From positions 3,488,001 to 3,552,000 of the forward strand of contig OZ245838.1 in assembly GCA_965228735.1 (NCBI GenBank): 64,000 nucleotides of DNA, written 5' to 3'. Shown in pieces: positions 19,874 to 29,026 of this stretch. The stretch is from Planctomycetota bacterium (GTDB taxonomy: Bacteria > Planctomycetota > UBA1135 > UBA2386). Both the position numbers and the translations under genes were made by a program. How positions within the stretch are numbered: the first letter of the stretch is position 1; the number at the start of each line of letters is the position of its first letter. The notes under the pieces are model-generated. The model worked only from the letters and a program-made list of their open reading frames with translations. It was not told where the DNA came from and ran no database searches.

Positions 19874-21796
19874 TCATTCGGCGAGATACACCGGCCGGTC
19901 ATCGCGCCGGGCGTAGAGCTTCGCGAACGCCGGCAGCAGACTGCCGTCCTCGGCGACCAGAACGGCCGGCACGGCGCCCCCGCCATAGCCGCGGCTCCAT
20001 GCCGCGTGCACCCGCTCGCCGATCCGCCGCGCATCGGCCTGCGGCGCGAGGAAGTCGTAGCCCTCGAGTTCGCCTTCGGCGCCGAGCGTGCGCAACGAGC
20101 GCGCGGCGTTGAAGCGCACGACGTAGTAGGGATCGTCGAGCAACCGCGCGAGGTACGGCGCGAGCCAGTTGCTGCCGGACGCCCGCTGCGCGGGTTCCCA
20201 GCCAGCGCTCCACGCCGCGAGTACGCGCTGGCCGGCGTCACCCGTCAGCAGCCAACGTGCGCCGGCCGCGACCTCGCGCTGCTCCTCGTCGAGCTCGGGA
20301 GCCGCGACTCCCCACCGTTCCTGCAGGTGCCGCGCCGTCCAACCGAGCGGCTTGTCGAGGTGACACTGGTTGCACGCGTTGGGCCGCCCCGTGCGCAACT
20401 CGACAGCGACGTCGGGCGACGTGATCTCGTGGCTGCGTTCGGCCTTCATGAGCCCGAACGACGTGTGGCTCATGTGGCAGTTGTAGCAGTTGCTGCCCGT
20501 CGATCCGGCCTCGTGGTGCGTGTGTGCCGTCAGCGCGCCATCTTCCGCGAGCTCGCCGTGACACTGGGTGCACGCCGCGTTGCCGCGCATTCCCGGCTTC
20601 AGCTGGTCGTCACGCCACGCCGCCAGGTCGCCCTCGTCGGGGTGCAGTTCGTGACACGACGTGCAGTCGATCTGGCGTTCGGCGTCACCGTGGGTGTAGC
20701 ACGGCGAACTCACCATGCCGTTGTACTCGCGCCCCGACACCCGCACCTGACCGTCGGGCCAGAACGAGCTCTCGAAGAAGTGCGGGTTGTTCTGCAGCGT
20801 CCGCCGCAGTTCGGGCGCATCGCGCGTGGCCGCGGTGATGACGAGATTCGTCTGCCGCAGCTCCTCGCCGGGCCGGTAGCGCAACCCGTCCTCGCGCCAC
20901 GAGTCGAAGAACTCGTGCCGCAGGATGTTCACGGAGTGACACTGCCCGCAGACCTGCGCCGACCGCGCGCGGTTGAGCCGATCCGGATTGACGATCGTGT
21001 CGTCGCCGCCGTCCGTCAGCCACTGCGAGTAGCGTCTCGCGGGGTTCTTGTTGGCGGCGACGTGGTCCAGGCCAGGGCCGTGGCACGCCTCGCACGCGAT
21101 GCCGAGCTCGCTGACGTGCGTATCGCTGCGGTCGAGGTCGACGCGCGGCCGCACGTGCGTCGCGTGGCACATGTGACAGTTGCGATTCCACGCGCCCGGC
21201 TCGGGCGGATCGCGGAACTCCGGCGGCAACACGAACACGGCCGTGAGCGGCAGCCAAATGCGTTCTTCGAGCTTGTAGCACAGCGGCACGGGCGCGAGCT
21301 CGCGCTGGTTGCCCGTCGAGTACCAGAACACGTGGAAGTGATGGCTCCCCGTGAGCTGCTCGACCGGCCGCACGATGTGCCGCGGATCCCGACCCTTGCG
21401 ATGGAAGTCGACCCACAACCGGTCGCCCCGCCATTCGAAGACGACGGGCTCGCCGAACCAGTCGAGCTCGAGCCGATCGAACTCGACCTGGATCGCGGCG
21501 CGCGTCGCGACCTGCGTCATCGTGCGATGGAACGACCCGTGCCAGGTCGCGTGCTCGTGCGGATGGCACGATCGACAGTGCGCCGAGCCGACGTAGCCGT
21601 CGGCCGGCTCGATGAGCGGCCGCGCCCGCGTCGGCACGTCTCGGCGCGGCTCGTCGGTGAAGCTCAGGATCCCGACACTGATCACCATGCCCGTCGCGAG
21701 GACCGCGACGACGACCGCTCCGAGCGTGCGCGCCGCGCGCCACAGCGGCACGATCGCGAGCAGGCCGAGACAGATCGTGAGCAGGGCGGCGATCAC
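19874..21796 (-). CDS. Membrane-anchored octaheme c-type cytochrome with C-terminal HEAT-like repeat
   Basis: 8 CxxCH motifs (CRSCH, CHMCH, CEACH, CGQCH, CTSCH, CTQCH, CYNCH, CNQCH), YVGS..C..CH and CEACHGPG signatures, N-terminal TM helices. Confidence 0.9.
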   Translation of the reverse strand: MIAALLTICLGLLAIVPLWRAARTLGAVVVAVLATGMVISVGILSFTDEPRRDVPTRARPLIEPADGYVGSAHCRSCHPHEHATWHGSFHRTMTQVATRAAIQVEFDRLELDWFGEPVVFEWRGDRLWVDFHRKGRDPRHIVRPVEQLTGSHHFHVFWYSTGNQRELAPVPLCYKLEERIWLPLTAVFVLPPEFRDPPEPGAWNRNCHMCHATHVRPRVDLDRSDTHVSELGIACEACHGPGLDHVAANKNPARRYSQWLTDGGDDTIVNPDRLNRARSAQVCGQCHSVNILRHEFFDSWREDGLRYRPGEELRQTNLVITAATRDAPELRRTLQNNPHFFESSFWPDGQVRVSGREYNGMVSSPCYTHGDAERQIDCTSCHELHPDEGDLAAWRDDQLKPGMRGNAACTQCHGELAEDGALTAHTHHEAGSTGSNCYNCHMSHTSFGLMKAERSHEITSPDVAVELRTGRPNACNQCHLDKPLGWTARHLQERWGVAAPELDEEQREVAAGARWLLTGDAGQRVLAAWSAGWEPAQRASGSNWLAPYLARLLDDPYYVVRFNAARSLRTLGAEGELEGYDFLAPQADARRIGERVHAAWSRGYGGGAVPAVLVAEDGSLLPAFAKLYARRDDRPVYLAE

Positions 21797-21845
21797 GGCA
21801 TCAACCTAGTCGAGACCCCGGCCGAGGCCGAACCGTTCAGCCAGA

Positions 21846-22616
21846 TCACTCCGCCGCCGACTCGCTCGACTCGGCGCGCTCCGCCTCGGCCGCTTCGGCA
21901 TCACGTTCGTCGCGAATACGTTGCCGCTCGGCAGCCATGAGCTCCGTCGTGTGCCGCTGAACGAGACCGAACGCCGTGCCGATGCCGAGCAGGGCGAACA
22001 GGATGTCGAACGGATGGAAGTCGTCGGTGAGGTAGTCGGTGAACGAGTACTCCGACTTGATCAGCTGCGCTTCCTCGGCGCGCAGATCCTCCAGCGACGG
22101 TTGCTTGGCAGCGAATTCTGCCAACCGCGGCCCCTGTTCGGCGAAGTACGCCTCGAGCTGATCCGGCGGCACCTCGTAGCCGTGATTCGTGGCGAACTCC
22201 GCGATCTGCTCTGCGGTCGGCGCATCGCCGAGCGCGACCCAGCCCTTCGCGTCGCGCTGCAGCTCGTCGTAGTGGTCCTGGGAGATGTTCTCTTCGACGT
22301 AGTCCGAGATCGAAACCTGGTACGAGATGTTCTTGCCCGTGGCGATCGAGAGCAGGGCGAGGATGCCGGCACTTGCGGCGAGCATCGTGCCGTGCCCGCC
22401 CGCCTTGACGACGGCGAAGCCGACCAGCGCTCCGATACCCCAGGCGATCCAGCCGCTCTCGAAGTTGATCGCGATGACGACCGCGGCCCACACGCCGGCG
22501 CCGACGAACGCGGCGACGGCGCCGGCAATCAGCGCCCGCCCGAGCGGCGGCGCCGGCAGCAGGTCTTCGGTCCGGACATGGCGGCTGGCGCGCCCACGAG
22601 TGTCTCCTTCGGTCAT
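21846..22616 (-). CDS. Hypothetical membrane protein
   Basis: Three N-terminal TM helices, soluble loop, C-terminal TM (FDILFALLGIGTAF); TAGAGT 6 nt before ATG. Confidence 0.75.
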   Translation of the reverse strand: MTEGDTRGRASRHVRTEDLLPAPPLGRALIAGAVAAFVGAGVWAAVVIAINFESGWIAWGIGALVGFAVVKAGGHGTMLAASAGILALLSIATGKNISYQVSISDYVEENISQDHYDELQRDAKGWVALGDAPTAEQIAEFATNHGYEVPPDQLEAYFAEQGPRLAEFAAKQPSLEDLRAEEAQLIKSEYSFTDYLTDDFHPFDILFALLGIGTAFGLVQRHTTELMAAERQRIRDERDAEAAEAERAESSESAAE

Positions 22617-22695
22617 CCGGGCACTCTACCTCGGGGACGGGGAGACGCGAACGCTCGATCCTCCACGACCCCTCAGGGCCGCCTCCGGGTGGGCG

Positions 22696-24873
22696 TCAGT
22701 GCCCGACGAGAACCTCGACCGCGTCCGAGTTGACCGCGCCGAGCGCGTTCTGGCCCGGGTCCGGCACGAACGCCTGCTGGTAGAACAAGAGGCCGACGAA
22801 GCTCGGGTCGTTCGGGATCGCGAGTTCGTACTCGGCCGCCGTTCCCGCGCCGACGATGACGAACGCGACATCGGCCCGCACGCGCGCGAAGCAGCCGGGC
22901 ATGCCGATGGCCGTGAGGTTGTTCGGCAGCGGGCCCGACGTCCCGTTCGTGTTGCTGAAGCCCGTGAGCAGGAATGCGAGGCCGAGCGGCAGGTCGACGA
23001 CCCGCACGCGCATCGTCGCACCGATCTGCGGCAGGTCGATCGGCAGGAGCCGCGCGGCCGGCAGCGACCCCGCGCAGCCCGCGCCGAACGGGCGATACCA
23101 GCTCGGCCCGCCGACGCGCGCGATCGTGTGTGAGAACCCGCAGACGACATCGGCATAGCCGCTTCCTGCGGGCAGCTGCGGCACGCTCGCCTCGCCGTAG
23201 GCGCCCGCCCCCCACGCGATCACCGCTCCGTCACTGCGCCGGGCCACCGTGTGGCGCGCGCCGGCCGAGACCGACACGTAGGTCAGACCCGAAGGCAGAG
23301 CCGGCACGTTGCACTGCCCGAACAGGTTCTGGCCGAAGCACAGCACGGCACCGTCCGAGCGCCGGATCGCGGAGTGCCCGATGCCCGCCGCGATCCCGAC
23401 GTAGGTCAGCCCGGCCGGCAGCGCCGGCACGTTGCACTGGCCCTCGAAGTTGCGACCCCAAGCCACGCATTCGCCGTCACTGCGCAGCGCGAGCGAGTGT
23501 TCGCCGCCCGCCGACATCTCGGTGTAGGTCACGCCCGCGGGCAGGGCCGGCACGGCGCACTGGTTGTAGCCGTTGAACCCCCAGCACCGGATCTCGCCAT
23601 CGGAGCGCCGGCCGAGCGTGTGCTCGCCGCCCGCCCGAACCTCGACCCACGTCGTGCCCGGCAGGAGCTGCGGCACGATCGTCACACCGGAGAAGTCGTA
23701 GCCCCACGCGACGATCGACCCGTCGGAACGCAACCCCGCAGCGTGCGCGTAGCCCGCCGACATCTGCGTATAGGTCAGCCCCGGCGGCAACGCCGGCACC
23801 GCCGCCTGGCCGTCGAAGTTGTCGCCGAACCCGACCGCCGAGCCGTCCGAGTACCGGACGAGGTTGTAGCCACCGCCGGCCGTGACCTCGACGACGCGTT
23901 CGCCGTTCGGCACCGGCGGCGCGTGCAGTGCGCCCCAATGGTTGTAGCCCCACACCCGGATCACGCCATCGCTGCGTAAGGCCGCGCTGTGGTACTGCCC
24001 CGCCCCGAGGGCGGTGTAGACGACCCCCGCGGGCAGCGCCGGAACTCCCGACACCTCACGGTAGTAGTCGTAGCCCCAGGCGACGACCAAGCCGTCCGAT
24101 CGCCGCGCGGTCGTGTGGAAGACGCCAGCCGCAACCTCGGCGTACGTGAGCCCCGGCGGCAACGGCAGGACGTCGAGCACCCGGAACGCGTTGTCGCCCC
24201 AGGCGAGCAGTTCGCCGTCCGATCGCACCGCGGCCGTATGGAACCGACCGGCGCTGACCTGCGTCCACGTCGTTCCGCTCGGCAATGCCGGCACGTTCAA
24301 CTGCAGCCACGTGTTGTCGCCGAACGCGATCACCTCGCCATCGCTGCGCAACAGCGCGGTGTGCGAGTCGCCGGCCGTGAGTTGCAACCAGCTCATCCCC
24401 GTCGGCAGCGCCGGCACGTTGCATTGCCCGTATGCGTTGCCGCCGAACGCGACGACCACACCGTCCGACCGCCGCAGCAGCGTGTGCGCGCGCCCGGCCG
24501 CGACCTCGACGTAGGTCACACCCGCGGGCAGTGCAGGCACGTTGCATTGTCCGGCATCGTTGCGCCCCCACGCGATGGCCGCGCCGTCCGACCGCAGCGC
24601 CGCGCAGTGCTCGTCGCCGACCGCGAGACCGACGTAATCGACGCCGCTCGGCAACGCCGGAACGTCACACTGCCGACGACCGTTCCAGCCCCACGCCGCG
24701 ATCGTGCCGTCCTGTCGCAGCGCGGCCATGTGCGCGATACCCGCGCCGAGCGCGACGTTGTCGCTGCGCTCGGCGAGGGTCGAGTCGATGACGAACTGCC
24801 CGAACGAGCGCAACGACTCCTGAGCCGCGAGACCGGTGGCGAGAGCACAGACGACGAGAACGCGGCGGAGCAT
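22696..24873 (-). CDS. Secreted RCC1/BLIP-II repeat beta-propeller protein with lineage-type C-terminal domain
   Basis: Signal peptide MLRRVLVVCALATGLAAQ; 13 full 41-aa repeats (AG..H..ALRSDG...AWG.N..GQCNVPALP) plus one partial. Confidence 0.9.
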   Translation of the reverse strand: MLRRVLVVCALATGLAAQESLRSFGQFVIDSTLAERSDNVALGAGIAHMAALRQDGTIAAWGWNGRRQCDVPALPSGVDYVGLAVGDEHCAALRSDGAAIAWGRNDAGQCNVPALPAGVTYVEVAAGRAHTLLRRSDGVVVAFGGNAYGQCNVPALPTGMSWLQLTAGDSHTALLRSDGEVIAFGDNTWLQLNVPALPSGTTWTQVSAGRFHTAAVRSDGELLAWGDNAFRVLDVLPLPPGLTYAEVAAGVFHTTARRSDGLVVAWGYDYYREVSGVPALPAGVVYTALGAGQYHSAALRSDGVIRVWGYNHWGALHAPPVPNGERVVEVTAGGGYNLVRYSDGSAVGFGDNFDGQAAVPALPPGLTYTQMSAGYAHAAGLRSDGSIVAWGYDFSGVTIVPQLLPGTTWVEVRAGGEHTLGRRSDGEIRCWGFNGYNQCAVPALPAGVTYTEMSAGGEHSLALRSDGECVAWGRNFEGQCNVPALPAGLTYVGIAAGIGHSAIRRSDGAVLCFGQNLFGQCNVPALPSGLTYVSVSAGARHTVARRSDGAVIAWGAGAYGEASVPQLPAGSGYADVVCGFSHTIARVGGPSWYRPFGAGCAGSLPAARLLPIDLPQIGATMRVRVVDLPLGLAFLLTGFSNTNGTSGPLPNNLTAIGMPGCFARVRADVAFVIVGAGTAAEYELAIPNDPSFVGLLFYQQAFVPDPGQNALGAVNSDAVEVLVGH
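23130..24760 (-). repeat. Intragenic tandem repeats, about 123-bp period (RCC1 blades)
   Basis: Recurring GGCACGTTGCA...CCGTCCGA-type units at about 123-bp spacing. Confidence 0.85.
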
Positions 24874-24978
24874 CACCTGGAACGACAACACGACCCGGGT
24901 GGTCCTGCAAGCGCCCCCGCCGGCCGCGGCCCGGTTCGTGCCGCCGGCCAGCCGACGGCATGGCGCCGACAGCACGGG

Positions 24979-26625
24979 CTACTTGCCAGCGAGGACCCGC
25001 TCCGCGAGCAGCTCGCCGAGCGCGACCACACCGTCGGTCGTCAGCACGAGTTGCTGTTCGCGCCCCGGCAGGCCGAACGCCTTGACGTGGATCAGGTGCT
25101 CGTCGGCCGCGGCGATCGCTTCGATCGGTGCCACCGCGTCCACGGCGTTGACCCGGTCGTCGTCGGTCGGCTCCTGCTGGCTCACGAACCAGCGCAGGTC
25201 GGCGCGTTGGAGATCGCGCCGGCTGGCTTCGACGAGCGCCTGCATGCGCGTGGCGGACTCGCGGCGGCACGGCGTCCACGACATGTCGTTCTCGCCGAGG
25301 TGGTAGCAGATCCCGGCGAGTTCGACCTCGTGGCCGCGGGCTTCGAGCTCTGCGATCGATTCGCGCACGAACGCGAGGAACGCCGGGTACAGGTTGCGCG
25401 ACCTCGCGACGCTGCCCGCGGGCGTCCAGTCGATGATCTGACTGCCGCTGTGCGTGAACTTCGCGACCGCGATGTGCTCCGGCCGCTTGCCGGCGCGCCC
25501 CCGCAGCAGCCGCGCGACGAAACCGAGTTCCGGCCCGAACGTGTCGTAGCAGCCGGCGGGGCCGAGCGGCTCCCAACCGTCGGACTCGAGGTAGCCACCG
25601 CCGAGGCTGTAGCGATATGCCACCGCCGGCACGTCGCGCAGCAGCTTCTTGTTGCGGCCCCTCTCGAGGTCCTGCACGAACGCGCGCTCCCCTTCCATGT
25701 TGCGATGGCCGGCGAGCACGTAGAGCGTGACCTTGCCGTTCTTCGGATACGGCCACTTCGGCAACGGGCGCGACCTGGCTGGCAGCGCGTCGACGTTCTG
25801 CAGGTAGGCGTGGGCGTAGTTCACGCCGTGTTCGAGCTGCCCGAGCGTGCCGTAGTGGTAGTGCAGTCCGACGCCATCGCCGATCTCCACGCCGACATGC
25901 GACGTCGGAACGTACTGCGCCAGGGGATCGGCATCGGTGACCTCGCGCTGTCCGAGGCTGATCGCGTACATCCGCGGCCGCAGGTCCATTCCCCAGATCG
26001 TCTTCGTGCAGAGTTCGCCGATGTAGAACCGCAGCTTCGGCGCCTCGAGGTCACGGCGCCACGCCGCCAGGTAGCCGCGCAGGTTGCGCCCGTAGTTCTG
26101 CTGGTAGTCGGCGTTGAACATGTCGTTCTCGCCCTGGTGCCAGACGAACCCTTCGAGGCGATACCGGATCTTCTTGCGATCGAGCGCCGCGAGCGCATCG
26201 CGCACGGTCTGCAGCGCGAGCGGGTACATCTCGAAGCCGCTCGGCTCGACGGGATTCCAGTCACCGCCCAGGTGCGTGCCACCGGCCGCCACCTTGATGA
26301 TCGCGACATCGGCGTCGATGTGCCGCGTCACCTCACGCGCGAAGCTGAGCTCGGGTCCGACGATCCCGTTCACGGGCGCGAGCGGTTCCCAGCCGTCCGA
26401 GCGCGTCTTGTTCTCGCGCCCGATGCAGTACCAGAACCGCACCTTCTTCTGCGGTTGGTCGAGACCGGAGAACGGCGGGAATCGGTCGATGTCGGCGACC
26501 TTCGAGTCCGACCCGACCATGTTGGACTGGCCCGCGAAGACGAAGACGCGCACCGCGCGGTCGTCCTGCGCGCTCGAAGAGCCGGCCAGGATCAGGCAGA
26601 GAACGGCGAGGACGCAATTCGGCAT
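24979..26625 (-). CDS. Secreted sialate O-acetylesterase (SASA/SGNH) family protein with two tandem domains
   Basis: Domain 1 FAGQSNM, GPELSF, KVAAGGT, FVWHQGEND; domain 2 LAGHRNM, FGPELGF, YHLGEND. Confidence 0.85.
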   Translation of the reverse strand: MPNCVLAVLCLILAGSSSAQDDRAVRVFVFAGQSNMVGSDSKVADIDRFPPFSGLDQPQKKVRFWYCIGRENKTRSDGWEPLAPVNGIVGPELSFAREVTRHIDADVAIIKVAAGGTHLGGDWNPVEPSGFEMYPLALQTVRDALAALDRKKIRYRLEGFVWHQGENDMFNADYQQNYGRNLRGYLAAWRRDLEAPKLRFYIGELCTKTIWGMDLRPRMYAISLGQREVTDADPLAQYVPTSHVGVEIGDGVGLHYHYGTLGQLEHGVNYAHAYLQNVDALPARSRPLPKWPYPKNGKVTLYVLAGHRNMEGERAFVQDLERGRNKKLLRDVPAVAYRYSLGGGYLESDGWEPLGPAGCYDTFGPELGFVARLLRGRAGKRPEHIAVAKFTHSGSQIIDWTPAGSVARSRNLYPAFLAFVRESIAELEARGHEVELAGICYHLGENDMSWTPCRRESATRMQALVEASRRDLQRADLRWFVSQQEPTDDDRVNAVDAVAPIEAIAAADEHLIHVKAFGLPGREQQLVLTTDGVVALGELLAERVLAGK

Positions 26626-26628
26626 GGT

Positions 26629-28917
26629 TCAGCGGACGGCCGCGGCACGGCGCAGTCGGAAGGCGTCGCCGAGCACGATCGTGCGCACGAGGTCACGGAT
26701 CGTGACCGGGCCGCGCTCCAGCATCATGGCTGCCGCGAGATCGAGGCGCAGCTCATCGACGGGCCGCGGCGCGCGCCCGACGCCGAACACGAACAGCTTC
26801 CTGAGGAGGGTGCGCACGAACGCCGGGTCCGCGCGCAGCACCGCCTTGAGGTCAGTGATCCCGTCGACGACGACGCCGCCCGGCAGCTCGCCCGAACAGT
26901 CGATGACGCCACCGGCATCCGACTCGCGAAAGCGGCCGATCGCGTCGAAGCGCTCGAGCGCGAGACCGAGCGCGTCCATGCGATCGTGACACACGGCGCA
27001 CTTGCTGTCCTCGCGATGCTGCGCGAGCTGCTCGCGGAAGGACTGGCTGCTGTCGATCGCCTCCTCGTTGCTGAGTGAGTCGTTGCCCGGCGGTGGCGGC
27101 GGCGGCGGCTCACCGACGATGTTCTCGAGGATCCACTTGCCGCGTTTGACCGGCGACGTGCGCGTCGGATTGGAGGTGACCGCGAGGATGCTGCCGTGTC
27201 CGAGCACGCCGCCGCGGCGCCGGTGCGAAGCCGGCAGGGGCACGCGAACGAACTCGTCCGCCGCCGCATCCGCGGGTCGTTCGATCCCGTAGAGCGCGGC
27301 GAGCCGCGCATCGAGGTGCGTGAAGTCGCAGTCCAGCAGCGTGCGCACGTCCAGGTCGTCGCGCATCACCGCGACGAACAGCAGCTCCGTCTCGCGCCGC
27401 AGCGACGCCCGCAGCGCGTCGTCGAAGACGGGGAAACGTTCCGGATCAGGGGTCGTGTCGCGCAGGTTGCGCAGCTCGAGCCACTGCGCCGCGAACTCCG
27501 TCGCGAGCGCATCGGCGCGCGGGTCGGCGAGCAGCCGATCGACTTCGGCAAGCAACACGGCCGGATCGGCGAACGCGCCGGTCGATCCGAGCTCGAGCAG
27601 CCGCGCATCCGGCGTACTCGACCACAGGAAGTACGACAGGCGCGAAGCGAGCGCGAGGCCCGGCACGGCGCCGCCACCGCCGGCCATCCCTTCGCCGCGG
27701 AACAGGAAGTTGGGCGACGTGAGCGCCGCCTGCAACACGCGCCGCGCAGTCGTGACTTCGACGGGCTCGGTCGTCGAGTCGGCGAGCGCCGCGCGGGCGA
27801 AGTCCACGTAGCGTTCGCGCTCCGCCGCCGTCACGGGCCGCCGCCACAACCGCGGCAACAGAGCGGCGACGAAAGACGTGAGGCGGTCGATCGGCGATTC
27901 ACCGCCGGCGAGCGCATCGTGCACCCACCGCTGCTCCGCCGGGATCGGTGCCGGATCGAGCGGCCCCACGACCTCCGCCCAATCGATGTAGAGGTTGCGG
28001 TCGCGCCGCGACTTGTCGGGGTTCTTCGGGTCGTAGTAGTCGTTCGTGAACGCGAGCCCGAGACGGTGCGAACCGGCGGCGAGCGGCAGCTCGATCTCGA
28101 CCTCGCGATAGCGCCGCGCAGGCACGCGCCAGCGCTCGATCACCTCGCGGTCCCACGTCACGCGCATCTCGGCGAGCTCGTCGCCCGCCCGCGAAGCCCC
28201 CGCCGACACGATGATGCGGTAGCGCCCCGCGCGCGGCAGTTCGACCTGCTGCGCGAGCTCGGCGCGGGTGTAGAGGTTGACGTAGTCCCCGTACATGGTC
28301 GCGCCGCGATCGCCAACGAGTGTCATCGCCTCGGCCTCGAACCGCCGCTTGGTCGGGTTGTCCGGATCCTCACCCGTGATGACGGCCGCGGCCACCTCGC
28401 CCGCCGCGGCGAGATACTTCTCGAGGTGCAGCGTCGAGAACGCCATCGCGTCGCCGACCGTGTCGAAGCCGTAGCCGAGGTCGTCGGCCGGAAACCCGCT
28501 CGTGTCGGCACCGACACCGAACAGGTCCATCACCGTGCGTTCCCACTGCGCCGAGTTGAGCCGCCGCACGGTCACGCGACCCGGCGACGGCGGCAGCTCG
28601 GGCACCTCGCGCCGCAACGTATCGTCGATCCACGCGACGAACGCGCCGCGTTCGGCCGCCGCGGGCTGCTCGGCGTCGCGCGGGGGCATCTCGTGCGAGC
28701 CACTGCGCGCCCGCAGCCGGCTCAGGCGGTGCAGTCGCGCCGCGGGATCACCGAGCGCGACGGACAGGTCGAGTTCGCCCTTCACGACATCGCCGCCGTG
28801 ACAGTCGAAGCAGTAGAACGCGACGAACTCCTGCTGCGCGCCGAACTCGGCCACGAGACGGTCCTGCGCCATCGAACCGGACGCGAGCAGCAGCGAGACG
28901 AGAGCGGCGCGGAGCAT
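26629..28917 (-). CDS. DUF1592/DUF1588/DUF1587 (PSD-type) planctomycete cytochrome c domain protein
   Basis: N-terminal CFDCH, RRLN...W..T..DL, GFD, SPNFLFR, LASRLSYFLWSS.PD, TSPVKRG.W, PPPPPP, CAVCH, FDAIGR. Confidence 0.92.
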   Translation of the reverse strand: MLRAALVSLLLASGSMAQDRLVAEFGAQQEFVAFYCFDCHGGDVVKGELDLSVALGDPAARLHRLSRLRARSGSHEMPPRDAEQPAAAERGAFVAWIDDTLRREVPELPPSPGRVTVRRLNSAQWERTVMDLFGVGADTSGFPADDLGYGFDTVGDAMAFSTLHLEKYLAAAGEVAAAVITGEDPDNPTKRRFEAEAMTLVGDRGATMYGDYVNLYTRAELAQQVELPRAGRYRIIVSAGASRAGDELAEMRVTWDREVIERWRVPARRYREVEIELPLAAGSHRLGLAFTNDYYDPKNPDKSRRDRNLYIDWAEVVGPLDPAPIPAEQRWVHDALAGGESPIDRLTSFVAALLPRLWRRPVTAAERERYVDFARAALADSTTEPVEVTTARRVLQAALTSPNFLFRGEGMAGGGGAVPGLALASRLSYFLWSSTPDARLLELGSTGAFADPAVLLAEVDRLLADPRADALATEFAAQWLELRNLRDTTPDPERFPVFDDALRASLRRETELLFVAVMRDDLDVRTLLDCDFTHLDARLAALYGIERPADAAADEFVRVPLPASHRRRGGVLGHGSILAVTSNPTRTSPVKRGKWILENIVGEPPPPPPPGNDSLSNEEAIDSSQSFREQLAQHREDSKCAVCHDRMDALGLALERFDAIGRFRESDAGGVIDCSGELPGGVVVDGITDLKAVLRADPAFVRTLLRKLFVFGVGRAPRPVDELRLDLAAAMMLERGPVTIRDLVRTIVLGDAFRLRRAAAVR

Positions 28918-29026
28918 GGTGAGCCGCAGGGTAATGACCGAGGCATGACACAGCCAACCCGGTAGGACGTGTAGCGTTCGTAATGGCATCCGGCATGGCC
29001 TCACCCCGCCGGTGTCCTAAACTCCC

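Noticed and set aside
23130..24760. Regularly spaced DNA repeats as a possible CRISPR array
   Set aside because: Repeats are degenerate, in frame and protein-coding (RCC1); no cas genes or unique spacers.
23989..27078. 1029-aa plus-strand ORF
   Set aside because: Antisense shadow of the RCC1, esterase and DUF1592 genes.
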